Below, piece by piece: positions 1-8,882 of a DNA stretch of 64,000 nt. The position numbers and the translations under genes are program-made. Origin of the DNA: an uncultured bacterium. GTDB taxonomy: Bacteria; Babelota; Babeliae; Babelales; RVW-14. Position 1 is the stretch's first letter. The number at the start of each line of letters is the position of its first letter. The DNA is taken from NCBI GenBank assembly GCA_963759805.1, contig CAVXAT010000005.1, forward strand, positions 67,585-131,584, written 5' to 3'. The notes beneath the pieces are model-generated. The model had not been told where the DNA came from and did not search any database. It worked only from the letters and a program-made list of their open reading frames with translations.

Positions 1-604
1 TCTGCTGCTTAGAATATTTTTTGCAAATATGATCGTCAAAAATTTGATACAGTGGACAGCAACACTGCTTGGTTTTTTTGTAACTTCCCGGCACGGAAAA
101 AATGGCATAATTGGTTAATCGGATCATCCCACCGTATGGAAGATTAACACCGTTATTCAGCGCACCCTGCCTATCTGCATTCCATTTTATAAAATTAAAA
201 TTTTCGTTCAAAAAATCCGGATTCAGAATTCTAAATTTCCCGGACGACATATCCTGTTTAATTATCGAAATTATAAATTCAAGCGTATTTTCAACGTTTT
301 TCAAAGTCAAAATATGTGATAAATTCGGTGGAATAATTAAACAACCGGATTTTTTGGCATTTTTACGGACAAAATTCAATGTATCTTGAGCCGCCTGCAT
401 TAAATTATAGGGATTTGTTGCAACAAATTCATGTGAAAATGGAAGCATCACTCCCGGCTCAAAAAATTTATCCGCGTGGTCAACAAGCATCTCTTTTTGT
501 TGAACAGCATAATCTGCAGTATGCACACCATCAATGTGAAAACCAATTAAGTTTACGAAAAACAGATATGAAAAAATCATATTTAAAAGTATAAATTTCT
601 CCAT
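1..604 (-). CDS. MltA-like lytic transglycosylase, partial (runs off the window start)
   Basis: Not in the ORF track. Manual translation from ATG at 604 is open to base 1: MEKFILLNMIFSYLFFVNLIG...IRLTNYAIFSVPGSYKKTKQCCCPLYQIFDDHICKKYSKQQ, resembling the MltA T-x-Y..GS..PLY region. GGGGAGGGA RBS upstream. Confidence 0.5.
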   Translation of the reverse strand, partial: MEKFILLNMIFSYLFFVNLIGFHIDGVHTADYAVQQKEMLVDHADKFFEPGVMLPFSHEFVATNPYNLMQAAQDTLNFVRKNAKKSGCLIIPPNLSHILTLKNVENTLEFIISIIKQDMSSGKFRILNPDFLNENFNFIKWNADRQGALNNGVNLPYGGMIRLTNYAIFSVPGSYKKTKQCCCPLYQIFDDHICKKYSKQQ

Positions 605-643
605 GAGTCCCTCCCCTAAAAAGAGCTGCGTCAACCCTTGCCA

Positions 644-673
644 TGCCCGCCATAGCGTTTCAAACGCGACGGC
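644..673. repeat. GC-rich palindromic element (GCCGTCGC-loop-GCTATGGCGGRCA family)
   Basis: Reverse complement gccgtcgcgtttgaaacgctatggcgggca matches copies at 21266-21294 and 48744-48800. Confidence 0.65.
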
Positions 674-907
674 TGGGTCATTAGCCCCCCTCCCACCCGA
701 AAAGATGTGCCCCTAAATATTTACAAATAATTACATCTATTGTCTAACTCATTAAATCAAATTGACCACTGAATAGTCAATAAAATTTACAAATATAAAT
801 TAATACTATAGGTTTAAGCCTGCTTATCAAGCAATAAAGAGTTACCGGTGGCTGTGGATTTTTGTTATAATCAATTTTTCACGTAAATTTCTAAAGGACG
901 AGCCGTA

Positions 908-1540
908 ATGATACAATCGCAAGCAGGGTTTGTTTTAAAACGCTTCCACCCTAATAAATCAAAAGTTACAATCCTTTCAATGCATGAAGGGAAATTTGAT
1001 CTGTCTTTTAGAAAATTTGATGACTGTTTTAAACTTTGGCCGGGAATGCTTGTATCATTTAATGTAGAAATAATGCATAAAACGCTCTTTGGATCTAACG
1101 TCCAAATTCTAGCCTCACCAAACCTGTCCGAACATCACTCTATTTTTCTTATGCATCATATTTTGGAACTTTGCTATTTCTTTGTCCCAAGCGGTAAGCC
1201 ATGCCCTGAGATTTTTCGGTTTTTAAAACACTTCTTTCTATTTTTTGACCAAGAAACTACATCCCAAAAATACTTAAATTTTACCCGAAAAATATTCATA
1301 ACCAAACTATTTAGCCTTTTCGGATTCTTCTCGTATGACCCGATTTCGAAGTATTTAGCAGTACATGAGACACTTACCACAACTTTTGTTGACTTTTCCA
1401 CTGAACAAAAAGTAGAATTTCTGGAAAAGCATCTAAGCGTACACGAAGAGAAAGATCTGGACGAATGGATTTTGGAAAGCTTAAAGATACATCCCCACAG
1501 TCACCTGTTCAAAACAACATTGTTCGTCTATAAACAGTAA
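908..1540 (+). CDS. recO: DNA repair protein RecO-like
   Basis: N-terminal GFVLKR...VTILSMHEGK OB-fold pattern followed by a helical domain; 210 aa, divergent. Confidence 0.65.
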   Translation: MIQSQAGFVLKRFHPNKSKVTILSMHEGKFDLSFRKFDDCFKLWPGMLVSFNVEIMHKTLFGSNVQILASPNLSEHHSIFLMHHILELCYFFVPSGKPCPEIFRFLKHFFLFFDQETTSQKYLNFTRKIFITKLFSLFGFFSYDPISKYLAVHETLTTTFVDFSTEQKVEFLEKHLSVHEEKDLDEWILESLKIHPHSHLFKTTLFVYKQ

Positions 1541-1556
1541 TTTATTGGAGATTTAT

Positions 1557-4500
1557 ATGAATACACGAAAGATACACAGCAAAATACTTATTATCTTGTT
1601 AGCATGCCTGATAAATTCAGTACCACATTCAGTACATGCAATGCAGTTTTTTAATTTTTCAAAACAGGATAACCCAAAAACCAGCACAGCCCTTCCCTTT
1701 CTAAGCAATATCGAAATGCGTAAAAAACAGATAAGTGACTTAGAAACAGCTTTACGCGAAGTTAGAAGTCGACTTGAAGAATTAAATAAAGAATGCTCAA
1801 ATGCACTCGCACAGATACAAATTGAAGCTACAGAGGTACAGAAAATGGGTGAAACCGCATCTGAAAGGGAAATTGAGTATTTAAATAAAAAAATATCAGC
1901 ATTTAGTGCCAGAAAACAGAATCTGATAAACATTCAGGAAGTCGATCAAGAAACTGTTGGAATAATCGAAAAAAGAATCGAAATATTAAAAGAGATATTA
2001 AATTACATTCAAGTGCCAAAAGCTCAACCTAAGCCAATTTATGCCTGGCAAGAGTTTCAAAATGCTCAAATTAAAACATCCGAGCAAATTGCACAAATTG
2101 ATACAGAAAAGCTAAAATTGGAAAATATTAAGAAACAGATTTTGGCTGAGAAAGGAACTTTGTTATCTTTACAGAAACAGCTTGATGCAAAAGAGAAAGA
2201 ACGCAATAAAATTATCAATCAAACAACCGCACCTAACAAAGATGAGGAGATGTCACCAGAGATAATCAAGCTTGAATCAGAAATCATTGATCATGAAATT
2301 AATCTGTTAAATGAGAAAATAAAATATTCAAATCAAAAAATAGAGAAACTAACCGAGGAAGAAAAACTTAAAGAGACCGAATTTGAACTCTTGCAACTGA
2401 AAATTAATGACCAGAAGAACATATCCCAAGTTATAGAAAAACGACTTTTACTTGATTCAAGAGATGTAGAACTTGCAAAACTGGAGTTAAAAAAAGAGAC
2501 GCATCTATCAATTGATATCAAAAATGAATTAAATAAGCTGCGAGAACCCAAAAAGTACGAAAAAGAAAAAATAAATGGCGAGATTAATAGCCTTCAAGAT
2601 AGACTAAAACAACTTACAAGCAAAGACAAGAAGGACACTTACAACACGCATATTACAAAATCAATGCTACAAAGAACCGAATCGCTCAAAGATCTTGTTG
2701 ACAGAGAGTTACTACTGCTTGACTCAAAAAAAGAGGTAGCAGATATAAGGTTAAAAATTAAAGAGCTTCAATTCAAGATGCTGGAGTTAAGATACAAGCT
2801 GAAAACAGAAAAAGGGAACATACGCGAGCTACTTGCAAGCTACAAAACTCAAAAAGAGCTGGAAACAAGCACTCTGAAAAGTTTTAAAGAGAAGCGAATT
2901 GAGGCCGTAAATTCTCTGGTTGAAACCCAACGCAAAATATCAGGAATCAGCGCTAAAATCGAGACTATGCGTGGCAGCAAGGCTGCCGTGTTCAACCAAC
3001 AACCCGCATACCTAAATACCATCATAAATAATCTTGATGACTCAAGGCGTATCCTAAACGATCTTTCAATCGTAACTCAAGATTTCTTGGCCGTATGCTC
3101 CGATTTAATTCACCAACAAACAACTGTTTTAAACTACTGCGACCTGATTCTTGCTGATCTTGAATCTTACACAACAACGCAGAGTATCTGGAAACGTACT
3201 CCTACTGCAATATCTTATGAAGCGTTAGAAACATCATTGATTGAAGCTGAGGATTTCGTTAAAAAACTTTTTTGGGGGACCCCAGTGCATCTGGGACCTT
3301 TACCAATCTTCCAGTTATTAAAAGAGTTTAGTATTTTTGACTTTTTAATTGCTCTTATTTTCATACTTTTATCTGCAGCCGCATTTATTTTCATCAAGAG
3401 ATGGCTGATCAAGGTCAGTGAAAAATTTGAATATAAATCCCAACACAAGCCCGAACAGGACAAGCGTATTACATACACAATCGCTACAACCCTTTTAAAT
3501 TTTATACTGGAACATTACAATTTGATTTTCGCACTGATCTCAATTTATCTGTATATAAACCTTGAATATCAGGCATGCACACACCAATTTCTCTCTCTCC
3601 CATTTTACACCGCACTGTTCTATTTAACCTGCATACCATTTTTGGTCTTCATATCAACACGGTTACTCACAAAATTAAAGGATTTAAACAAAAAATTGAG
3701 TTTTGTCTTTTTTGCCGAACAGATTCAAGAGAGATTCGTGGTACTAATCGGCATATTTATGTACTCATCTTCCATAATTCTGCCATTCAGGAGTGCATTT
3801 TTGATTTACAGCGATACCACAATGGGTCTGGGTGATGTTCTTATGGCAGGATACTCACTAATTTTGCTGTTAATTTTACTCTTTTTATTCACCAAAGAAG
3901 ATCTGTTCAAATTACTTCCATATACGAAATACCCATTATTTGAATGGCTGAAGAAAAAATTTGAAAATTTTTATTACCCAATATTTTTCTTCATAATGGG
4001 CCTTTTGATTCTGCGCAACCCGTACGTCGGATACTCTAATCTCTCTTGGTACTTGGCATTTGCAATCCCGGCATCAGCAGGGCTTTTATGGGCATTATTT
4101 ATCATACATAATTACATCAGAACATACTCAGTATTCTTATTCATGACCGAAGACGAAGATGAGATAAAGGATAAATTTGAGCATGCCAAAACCTATTATG
4201 GAATATTAGTCATCGCATCATTTCTGTTCCTTTTCTTTATTGATAGCATCTTCATTGCACGCATCTGGGGTTATAGTTATACAACAACCGAGATATGGCG
4301 GTTACTTTCAGAAACATGGACTCTACCATTGGGTGACGCCAACAAACTTGGAGTCGTGCAATTTTTAACACTGGGAATATTCATTTTTTCAGGCTTTTTA
4401 ATATCATCACTGCTTGATAAATTTGTACTGAACAAACTATTTGAAATCCTGCGCACCGAGTCGGGGACCCAAAATACGTTTACAAAAATTTTACACTACG

Positions 4501-5183
4501 TACTGATTTCAACTGCTGTACTGCTCGGATTCCTTTCAATTCACCTTGAACAAACATTCTTTCTTGTGATAGTACCATTGCTAGGCATCGGGCTAGGTCT
4601 TGCTCTTAAAGATGTTCTGGCAGACTTTGTTGCAGGCTTTTTTGTGCTTATCGAACGACCAATTGAGATAGGCAATTATATTCAGATAGATGACGTTGAA
4701 GGAACGGTACAAAAAATCTCACCACGAACAACAACCATTGTTAACTCGCGTAACTTTGCAATATTTATCCCAAACAAAGACCTGCTTGCCAAACAGATTA
4801 CCAACTGGAGCCACCGCAAATTCGCAATTGGATTTGAAATTCACATTCGAGTTACACATGAGGCAGACCCTGAACTTGTACGTAAGATTATTCTTGAGAT
4901 ACTGCAAAGCCACCCTGCCGTGCTTAAACTTCCTGCTTGCATCTGCAGACTTGATGAGATCGAGGCTGATGCACTTTACTTCATGAGCCGCGCGTTTATC
5001 AGCACACAACGGTTGAAAGAGGGTTGGATGATTGCAGCTGAGCTAAGAACTAAGCTTGTCAAAGCATTTAAAGAGAACGGCATCAAATTCGCCAAACCGC
5101 AGAGAGTTGTTTATATCGATGCGCAAACCAATGCGACAAAGGTTGAGGAGAAAAAGCCGCTCGGCATAAAGTTTGATAAGTAA
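1557..5183 (+). CDS. large MscS/MscK-family mechanosensitive channel with long N-terminal coiled coil
   Basis: C-terminal GIGLGLALKDVLADFVAGFFVLIERPIEIGNYIQI..EGTVQKI..RTT..IPNK MscS signature, multiple TM helices, signal peptide. ATG 1557 follows GGAG. Confidence 0.9.
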   Translation: MNTRKIHSKILIILLACLINSVPHSVHAMQFFNFSKQDNPKTSTALPFLSNIEMRKKQISDLETALREVRSRLEELNKECSNALAQIQIEATEVQKMGETASEREIEYLNKKISAFSARKQNLINIQEVDQETVGIIEKRIEILKEILNYIQVPKAQPKPIYAWQEFQNAQIKTSEQIAQIDTEKLKLENIKKQILAEKGTLLSLQKQLDAKEKERNKIINQTTAPNKDEEMSPEIIKLESEIIDHEINLLNEKIKYSNQKIEKLTEEEKLKETEFELLQLKINDQKNISQVIEKRLLLDSRDVELAKLELKKETHLSIDIKNELNKLREPKKYEKEKINGEINSLQDRLKQLTSKDKKDTYNTHITKSMLQRTESLKDLVDRELLLLDSKKEVADIRLKIKELQFKMLELRYKLKTEKGNIRELLASYKTQKELETSTLKSFKEKRIEAVNSLVETQRKISGISAKIETMRGSKAAVFNQQPAYLNTIINNLDDSRRILNDLSIVTQDFLAVCSDLIHQQTTVLNYCDLILADLESYTTTQSIWKRTPTAISYEALETSLIEAEDFVKKLFWGTPVHLGPLPIFQLLKEFSIFDFLIALIFILLSAAAFIFIKRWLIKVSEKFEYKSQHKPEQDKRITYTIATTLLNFILEHYNLIFALISIYLYINLEYQACTHQFLSLPFYTALFYLTCIPFLVFISTRLLTKLKDLNKKLSFVFFAEQIQERFVVLIGIFMYSSSIILPFRSAFLIYSDTTMGLGDVLMAGYSLILLLILLFLFTKEDLFKLLPYTKYPLFEWLKKKFENFYYPIFFFIMGLLILRNPYVGYSNLSWYLAFAIPASAGLLWALFIIHNYIRTYSVFLFMTEDEDEIKDKFEHAKTYYGILVIASFLFLFFIDSIFIARIWGYSYTTTEIWRLLSETWTLPLGDANKLGVVQFLTLGIFIFSGFLISSLLDKFVLNKLFEILRTESGTQNTFTKILHYVLISTAVLLGFLSIHLEQTFFLVIVPLLGIGLGLALKDVLADFVAGFFVLIERPIEIGNYIQIDDVEGTVQKISPRTTTIVNSRNFAIFIPNKDLLAKQITNWSHRKFAIGFEIHIRVTHEADPELVRKIILEILQSHPAVLKLPACICRLDEIEADALYFMSRAFISTQRLKEGWMIAAELRTKLVKAFKENGIKFAKPQRVVYIDAQTNATKVEEKKPLGIKFDK

Positions 5184-5231
5184 ACAGTTTTTACATAAAA
5201 ATTTAGTAATTTAAGAAGAGGGAGAGTAGTA

Positions 5232-6890
5232 ATGAAGCTTTATTTTAAATACTTTATTTTAGTAACTATATTAATTTCATATCAGTCGATTTATTCAGAA
5301 AATAAGGGTCTCGAAAATTGTGGGAATAGCTGCTACTTCAATGCATCATTACAAGCATTATCGCATCTTGATAAATTCAATTCGCTACTTCAGGAAAATT
5401 TATACGCACCTGATGATCTTATTCCACGTTTTTACATAAATCTTATGGAAGAAATAAAGAAGGGGCCTGGAACAATTTCCTGCAATTATAAATATACAAA
5501 TTTGGATAATAAAACTGAACGAAATTTTTATAACTTGGCGGGAGATTTGTTTTTTGGACAACAAGGGCAGCAAGAAGATGCCCCTGAGTTTATACAGAAT
5601 CTTTTTAAAAATATCATAGAAAATTCGTCATACTATAGGACAATTAAAGAATTAATAGAAAAAGAAATCGAACCTATATTCGATACAGCCTTCAATAAAA
5701 TTAGCCCTAATGATAAAAAATTTGCGCAACCTGTTGTAAAGGCAAAGGCATCCTTGTCCGCAAAAGAAAATGAGACTTTACAAAAAATACATTCACGTTT
5801 TTTTGAAAGTTTTGCTAAAGGATTAAAAATAACAAGAGAAGATTTATTAACAAATATCCTAGATCAATGTATAGAACTTTTAGATAGGAATCCCGATATT
5901 TTCCAAGCAAATTTATTTAACAACCTTAAAACATCTGAAACACAAGCAAAAAAGATAATAACTGAAACAGAAGTAAAAAGGATAGCAAAAAGAATAGTAA
6001 AAGCAAAAAGGATAGTCACTGAAACAAAAGCAGAAACCATTGCAAAGAATTATATAAAAACTATAGATGAAACATTTAAAAATGCATTAACTAACTACAA
6101 AAACATACAAATTGATGAAGATCAACCTATAGAAGTTGAAACCTACACAGGTAAAGGGAATCCAACAAGAAAATTTACACCTACTGATGATGGTTTGAAC
6201 AAGGCGACAACCCTCATAAAAAATCTTTCTTTAGCAAAGATGGAGACTAATCTCGAACCAATCTTTAATGGTATTAATGGAACATTTTGGAAATTTCCAG
6301 AAGGGAATTTATCAGAAGTACAAAAAAATTTAACTGCCATAATAAATTTAAAAAAATATTACCCTTATTGGTTACAGTTAAGCATCCCCAATAAAAAAAC
6401 AAATTTAAAAGAGCTAGAAGACCTCGAATCCATTGAATTAGAAAAAGCATTTCCTTATGTTATTGTTTGGCTAAAAAGATACAAAAATGAGGAGGGGAAG
6501 TTACAAAAAAATAGTACCACCATACCTTTTGAAAACCAAATCAATCTAAAACATGTAACCAAATCATTAAAATATAATCTAATTGCTTTTGTAGTTCAAA
6601 GCGGCAGTACCGGCGAAGGCCACTACTGGGCTTACGGAAAGGATAAAGATGATAAATGGTGGCGATATAATGACCCAAACGTAACCGACGCTTCGATAGA
6701 AGACGATGACAAAAAAAGCATTAAGGATATCTTCGAAACTGGCCTAGATCGCAATAAAGCAACCCCTTACGTTCTCTTCTATGAACTTGAAGAACCACTT
6801 AGTCTACTCAAGTCATCATTGCAGAAACTTAAAACAAAAGTGGAAATGTTGCAAGAGAAGTTGGGAACGCTGAGGGGTAAATTGGGATAG
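5232..6890 (+). CDS. secreted eukaryote-like ubiquitin-specific protease (USP, peptidase C19)
   Basis: Cys box KGLENCGNSCYFNASLQAL, QQEDAPEF box, His box QSGSTGEGHYWAY...WWRYND, terminal PYVLFYE; signal peptide; C-terminal leucine zipper. Confidence 0.9.
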   Translation: MKLYFKYFILVTILISYQSIYSENKGLENCGNSCYFNASLQALSHLDKFNSLLQENLYAPDDLIPRFYINLMEEIKKGPGTISCNYKYTNLDNKTERNFYNLAGDLFFGQQGQQEDAPEFIQNLFKNIIENSSYYRTIKELIEKEIEPIFDTAFNKISPNDKKFAQPVVKAKASLSAKENETLQKIHSRFFESFAKGLKITREDLLTNILDQCIELLDRNPDIFQANLFNNLKTSETQAKKIITETEVKRIAKRIVKAKRIVTETKAETIAKNYIKTIDETFKNALTNYKNIQIDEDQPIEVETYTGKGNPTRKFTPTDDGLNKATTLIKNLSLAKMETNLEPIFNGINGTFWKFPEGNLSEVQKNLTAIINLKKYYPYWLQLSIPNKKTNLKELEDLESIELEKAFPYVIVWLKRYKNEEGKLQKNSTTIPFENQINLKHVTKSLKYNLIAFVVQSGSTGEGHYWAYGKDKDDKWWRYNDPNVTDASIEDDDKKSIKDIFETGLDRNKATPYVLFYELEEPLSLLKSSLQKLKTKVEMLQEKLGTLRGKLG

Positions 6891-6906
6891 AAAATAAAAA
6901 ATTAAG

Positions 6907-7276
6907 TGGAGGCGATGGGATTTGAACCCATGTCCGTAATACCCAGCTCTTCGAGCACTACATGCTTAGTTCTTATTTATACTTCTACTATGCTGCAAGA
7001 ACACAGGACAAGTAAAAGCCGGTTCAGTATACAATCCGGATACACTACCAAAAAGTCTTTCCAGAAGGTTCTATCTGATTATACGTGTATGCTAGGCTGA
7101 TAGACACGTCCGCATACAAGCCATAGATGCCCTACTTAATTAAGCAGCTGCAACTAAAGGACTACTCACATTGGAATAGTTTGCATTTATGTTTTTGAAC
7201 GTTGATTAACGAGTTCCATTCAAAACTCGGCATGCTCTCAAAGCTCTTGACACTACGTCGAAGCCAACACGCCCCC
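6907..7276 (-). ncRNA. ssrA: tmRNA; tag peptide (A)ANYSNVSSPLVAAA* at 7184-7140
   Basis: 5' GGGGGCG pairs with 3' CGCCTCC-A including the G3.U wobble; T-arm GGGTTCAAATCCC; ATAAAT-GCA resume context; tag ends AAA-stop; CCA not encoded. Confidence 0.95.
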
Positions 7277-7510
7277 AAATTTTTCAAAGATCAAAAGATT
7301 ATAATAAATATAAGTATAATTATATAAGTATATTTTCTATGTGTCAACAATAGCCCAAATTCAAAAAACAGGTCTTATCGGCTTAAAACCCACCTTTTAA
7401 CCCCAAAAAACAGAGTAAATTAGACTTTGCAGACTGATTATGTAAACTATCTGTAATTAATACAAATTTTATAACTCTAAAAACTAAGGTTTTTTTATTA
7501 AGGGTCTTTT

Positions 7511-8692
7511 ATGAGTAAGAAAAGTACAATTTTCACCCTAGGCCTTGCCACATTCACAATGTTTTTTGGGGCAGGCAACGTCGTATTCCCACTCAGTCTT
7601 GGCAGAGATATGGGGAATATGGTTTTTTATGCAATCCTAGGCTTTTTTGCAACGGCAATTTTTGTTCCGCTACTTGGCCTAATTTCAGTAATGCTTTTTG
7701 AAGGCGATTATAAAAAATTCTTATCTACGATGGGGACAATTCCTGCAAGCTTGATCGCTCTTGTCTGCATGATTTTACTAGGCCCATTCGGATGCATAGC
7801 TCGCTGCATCGTTCTTTCATACTCTGCAATTCAGTGGCATCTTCCAAATATATCACTGTTTACCTACAGCTTGATCGCATCTATTTTTGTGTTTTTGGTA
7901 ACACAGAATAAAGGCAGAATCGTCAATCTGCTTGGCAAATATCTTGGACCTGTAAAATTAACATTACTGCTTTCGGTTATAGCAGTCGGACTTATTTCTC
8001 CATTTATGATGGAGCCAACAACATTCACTGCCGGACAGAGTTTTATGCGCGGTTTTAATGATGGTTACTTCACAATGGATCTGATCGGAGCACTATTTTT
8101 CTCAATGTTAATTTACACCGCATTGAAAAAAATGTTGTCTGAAGAAGGGAAGACGTCAACAAAAGATTTAATCGTTTATGGTATAAAATCAAGTCTTATC
8201 GGTGGTGGGTTGCTCGGAATCGTCTACCTTGGCTTTTGTACAATTTCCGCAATGTACGGCCCACACATCCATGGAATTGGAAGAGATCAAATCTTAAGTG
8301 CTTTGACAACCAAAATCCTTGGCCATGGTGCCGGAATTCTTGCCAACGCCACCGTTGCAATCACATGCTTAACAACAGCAATTGCATTAACAACGGTCTT
8401 TGCCGATTACCTGGCACATGAACTTACAAAGTCTAAAATTCGTTACCCTTATGCACTTTTAATAACAACAGTTATCACATTTGCAATGTCCAATCTCGGT
8501 TTTGAGGGAATTATGAATTTTGTTGAACCGATAATTGTTGTGCTTTATCCTGCTCTTATAGTTTTATGCTTAGCAAATATTGCCAATAAACTCTTTGGTT
8601 TTAAATACATTAAGCTTGTTGTCTTTTCATCTTTGATTGCAAGTTTGGTTCTCAATTATGGACAAGCAATTGCAGGCCTGATGATCAAATGA
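7511..8692 (+). CDS. brnQ: branched-chain amino acid transport system II carrier
   Basis: GLATFTMFFGAGNVVFP, GPFGCIAR, GYFTMD, CLTTAIAL motifs; about 12 TM helices. Confidence 0.93.
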   Translation: MSKKSTIFTLGLATFTMFFGAGNVVFPLSLGRDMGNMVFYAILGFFATAIFVPLLGLISVMLFEGDYKKFLSTMGTIPASLIALVCMILLGPFGCIARCIVLSYSAIQWHLPNISLFTYSLIASIFVFLVTQNKGRIVNLLGKYLGPVKLTLLLSVIAVGLISPFMMEPTTFTAGQSFMRGFNDGYFTMDLIGALFFSMLIYTALKKMLSEEGKTSTKDLIVYGIKSSLIGGGLLGIVYLGFCTISAMYGPHIHGIGRDQILSALTTKILGHGAGILANATVAITCLTTAIALTTVFADYLAHELTKSKIRYPYALLITTVITFAMSNLGFEGIMNFVEPIIVVLYPALIVLCLANIANKLFGFKYIKLVVFSSLIASLVLNYGQAIAGLMIK

Positions 8693-8721
8693 ACTTTAAA
8701 TAGCTTAATTCTTAAATTTTG

Positions 8722-8755
8722 ACAGGCAGGGCGCTAAAAATGCTCTGCCTGTTTT
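8722..8755 (+). terminator. Rho-independent terminator after brnQ
   Basis: acaggcagggcg-ctaaaaa-tgctctgcctgt hairpin followed by T run. Confidence 0.7.
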
Positions 8756-8882
8756 ATTATAAGTTACGGCAAAAACCATCAATTTATATAAACCATGTAC
8801 TATTTTAAGTTGATTTTAATAAATTTAATAAAATTAACAGAATTTAATTAAAGAAAAATTTAATTTAAAGAGAGGGTACTCT

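Noticed and set aside
111..594. Two short + strand ORFs
   Set aside because: Shadows of the longer - strand frame 604-1, which has an RBS and an MltA-like motif.
1557..3200. MscS N-terminal coiled coil as another copy of the zipper tag
   Set aside because: Generic heptads without the LK-x-S/P-L..LK.KL pattern.
6906..7100. 64-aa ORF MEAMGFEPMS
   Set aside because: It is the antisense reading of the tmRNA 3' end.
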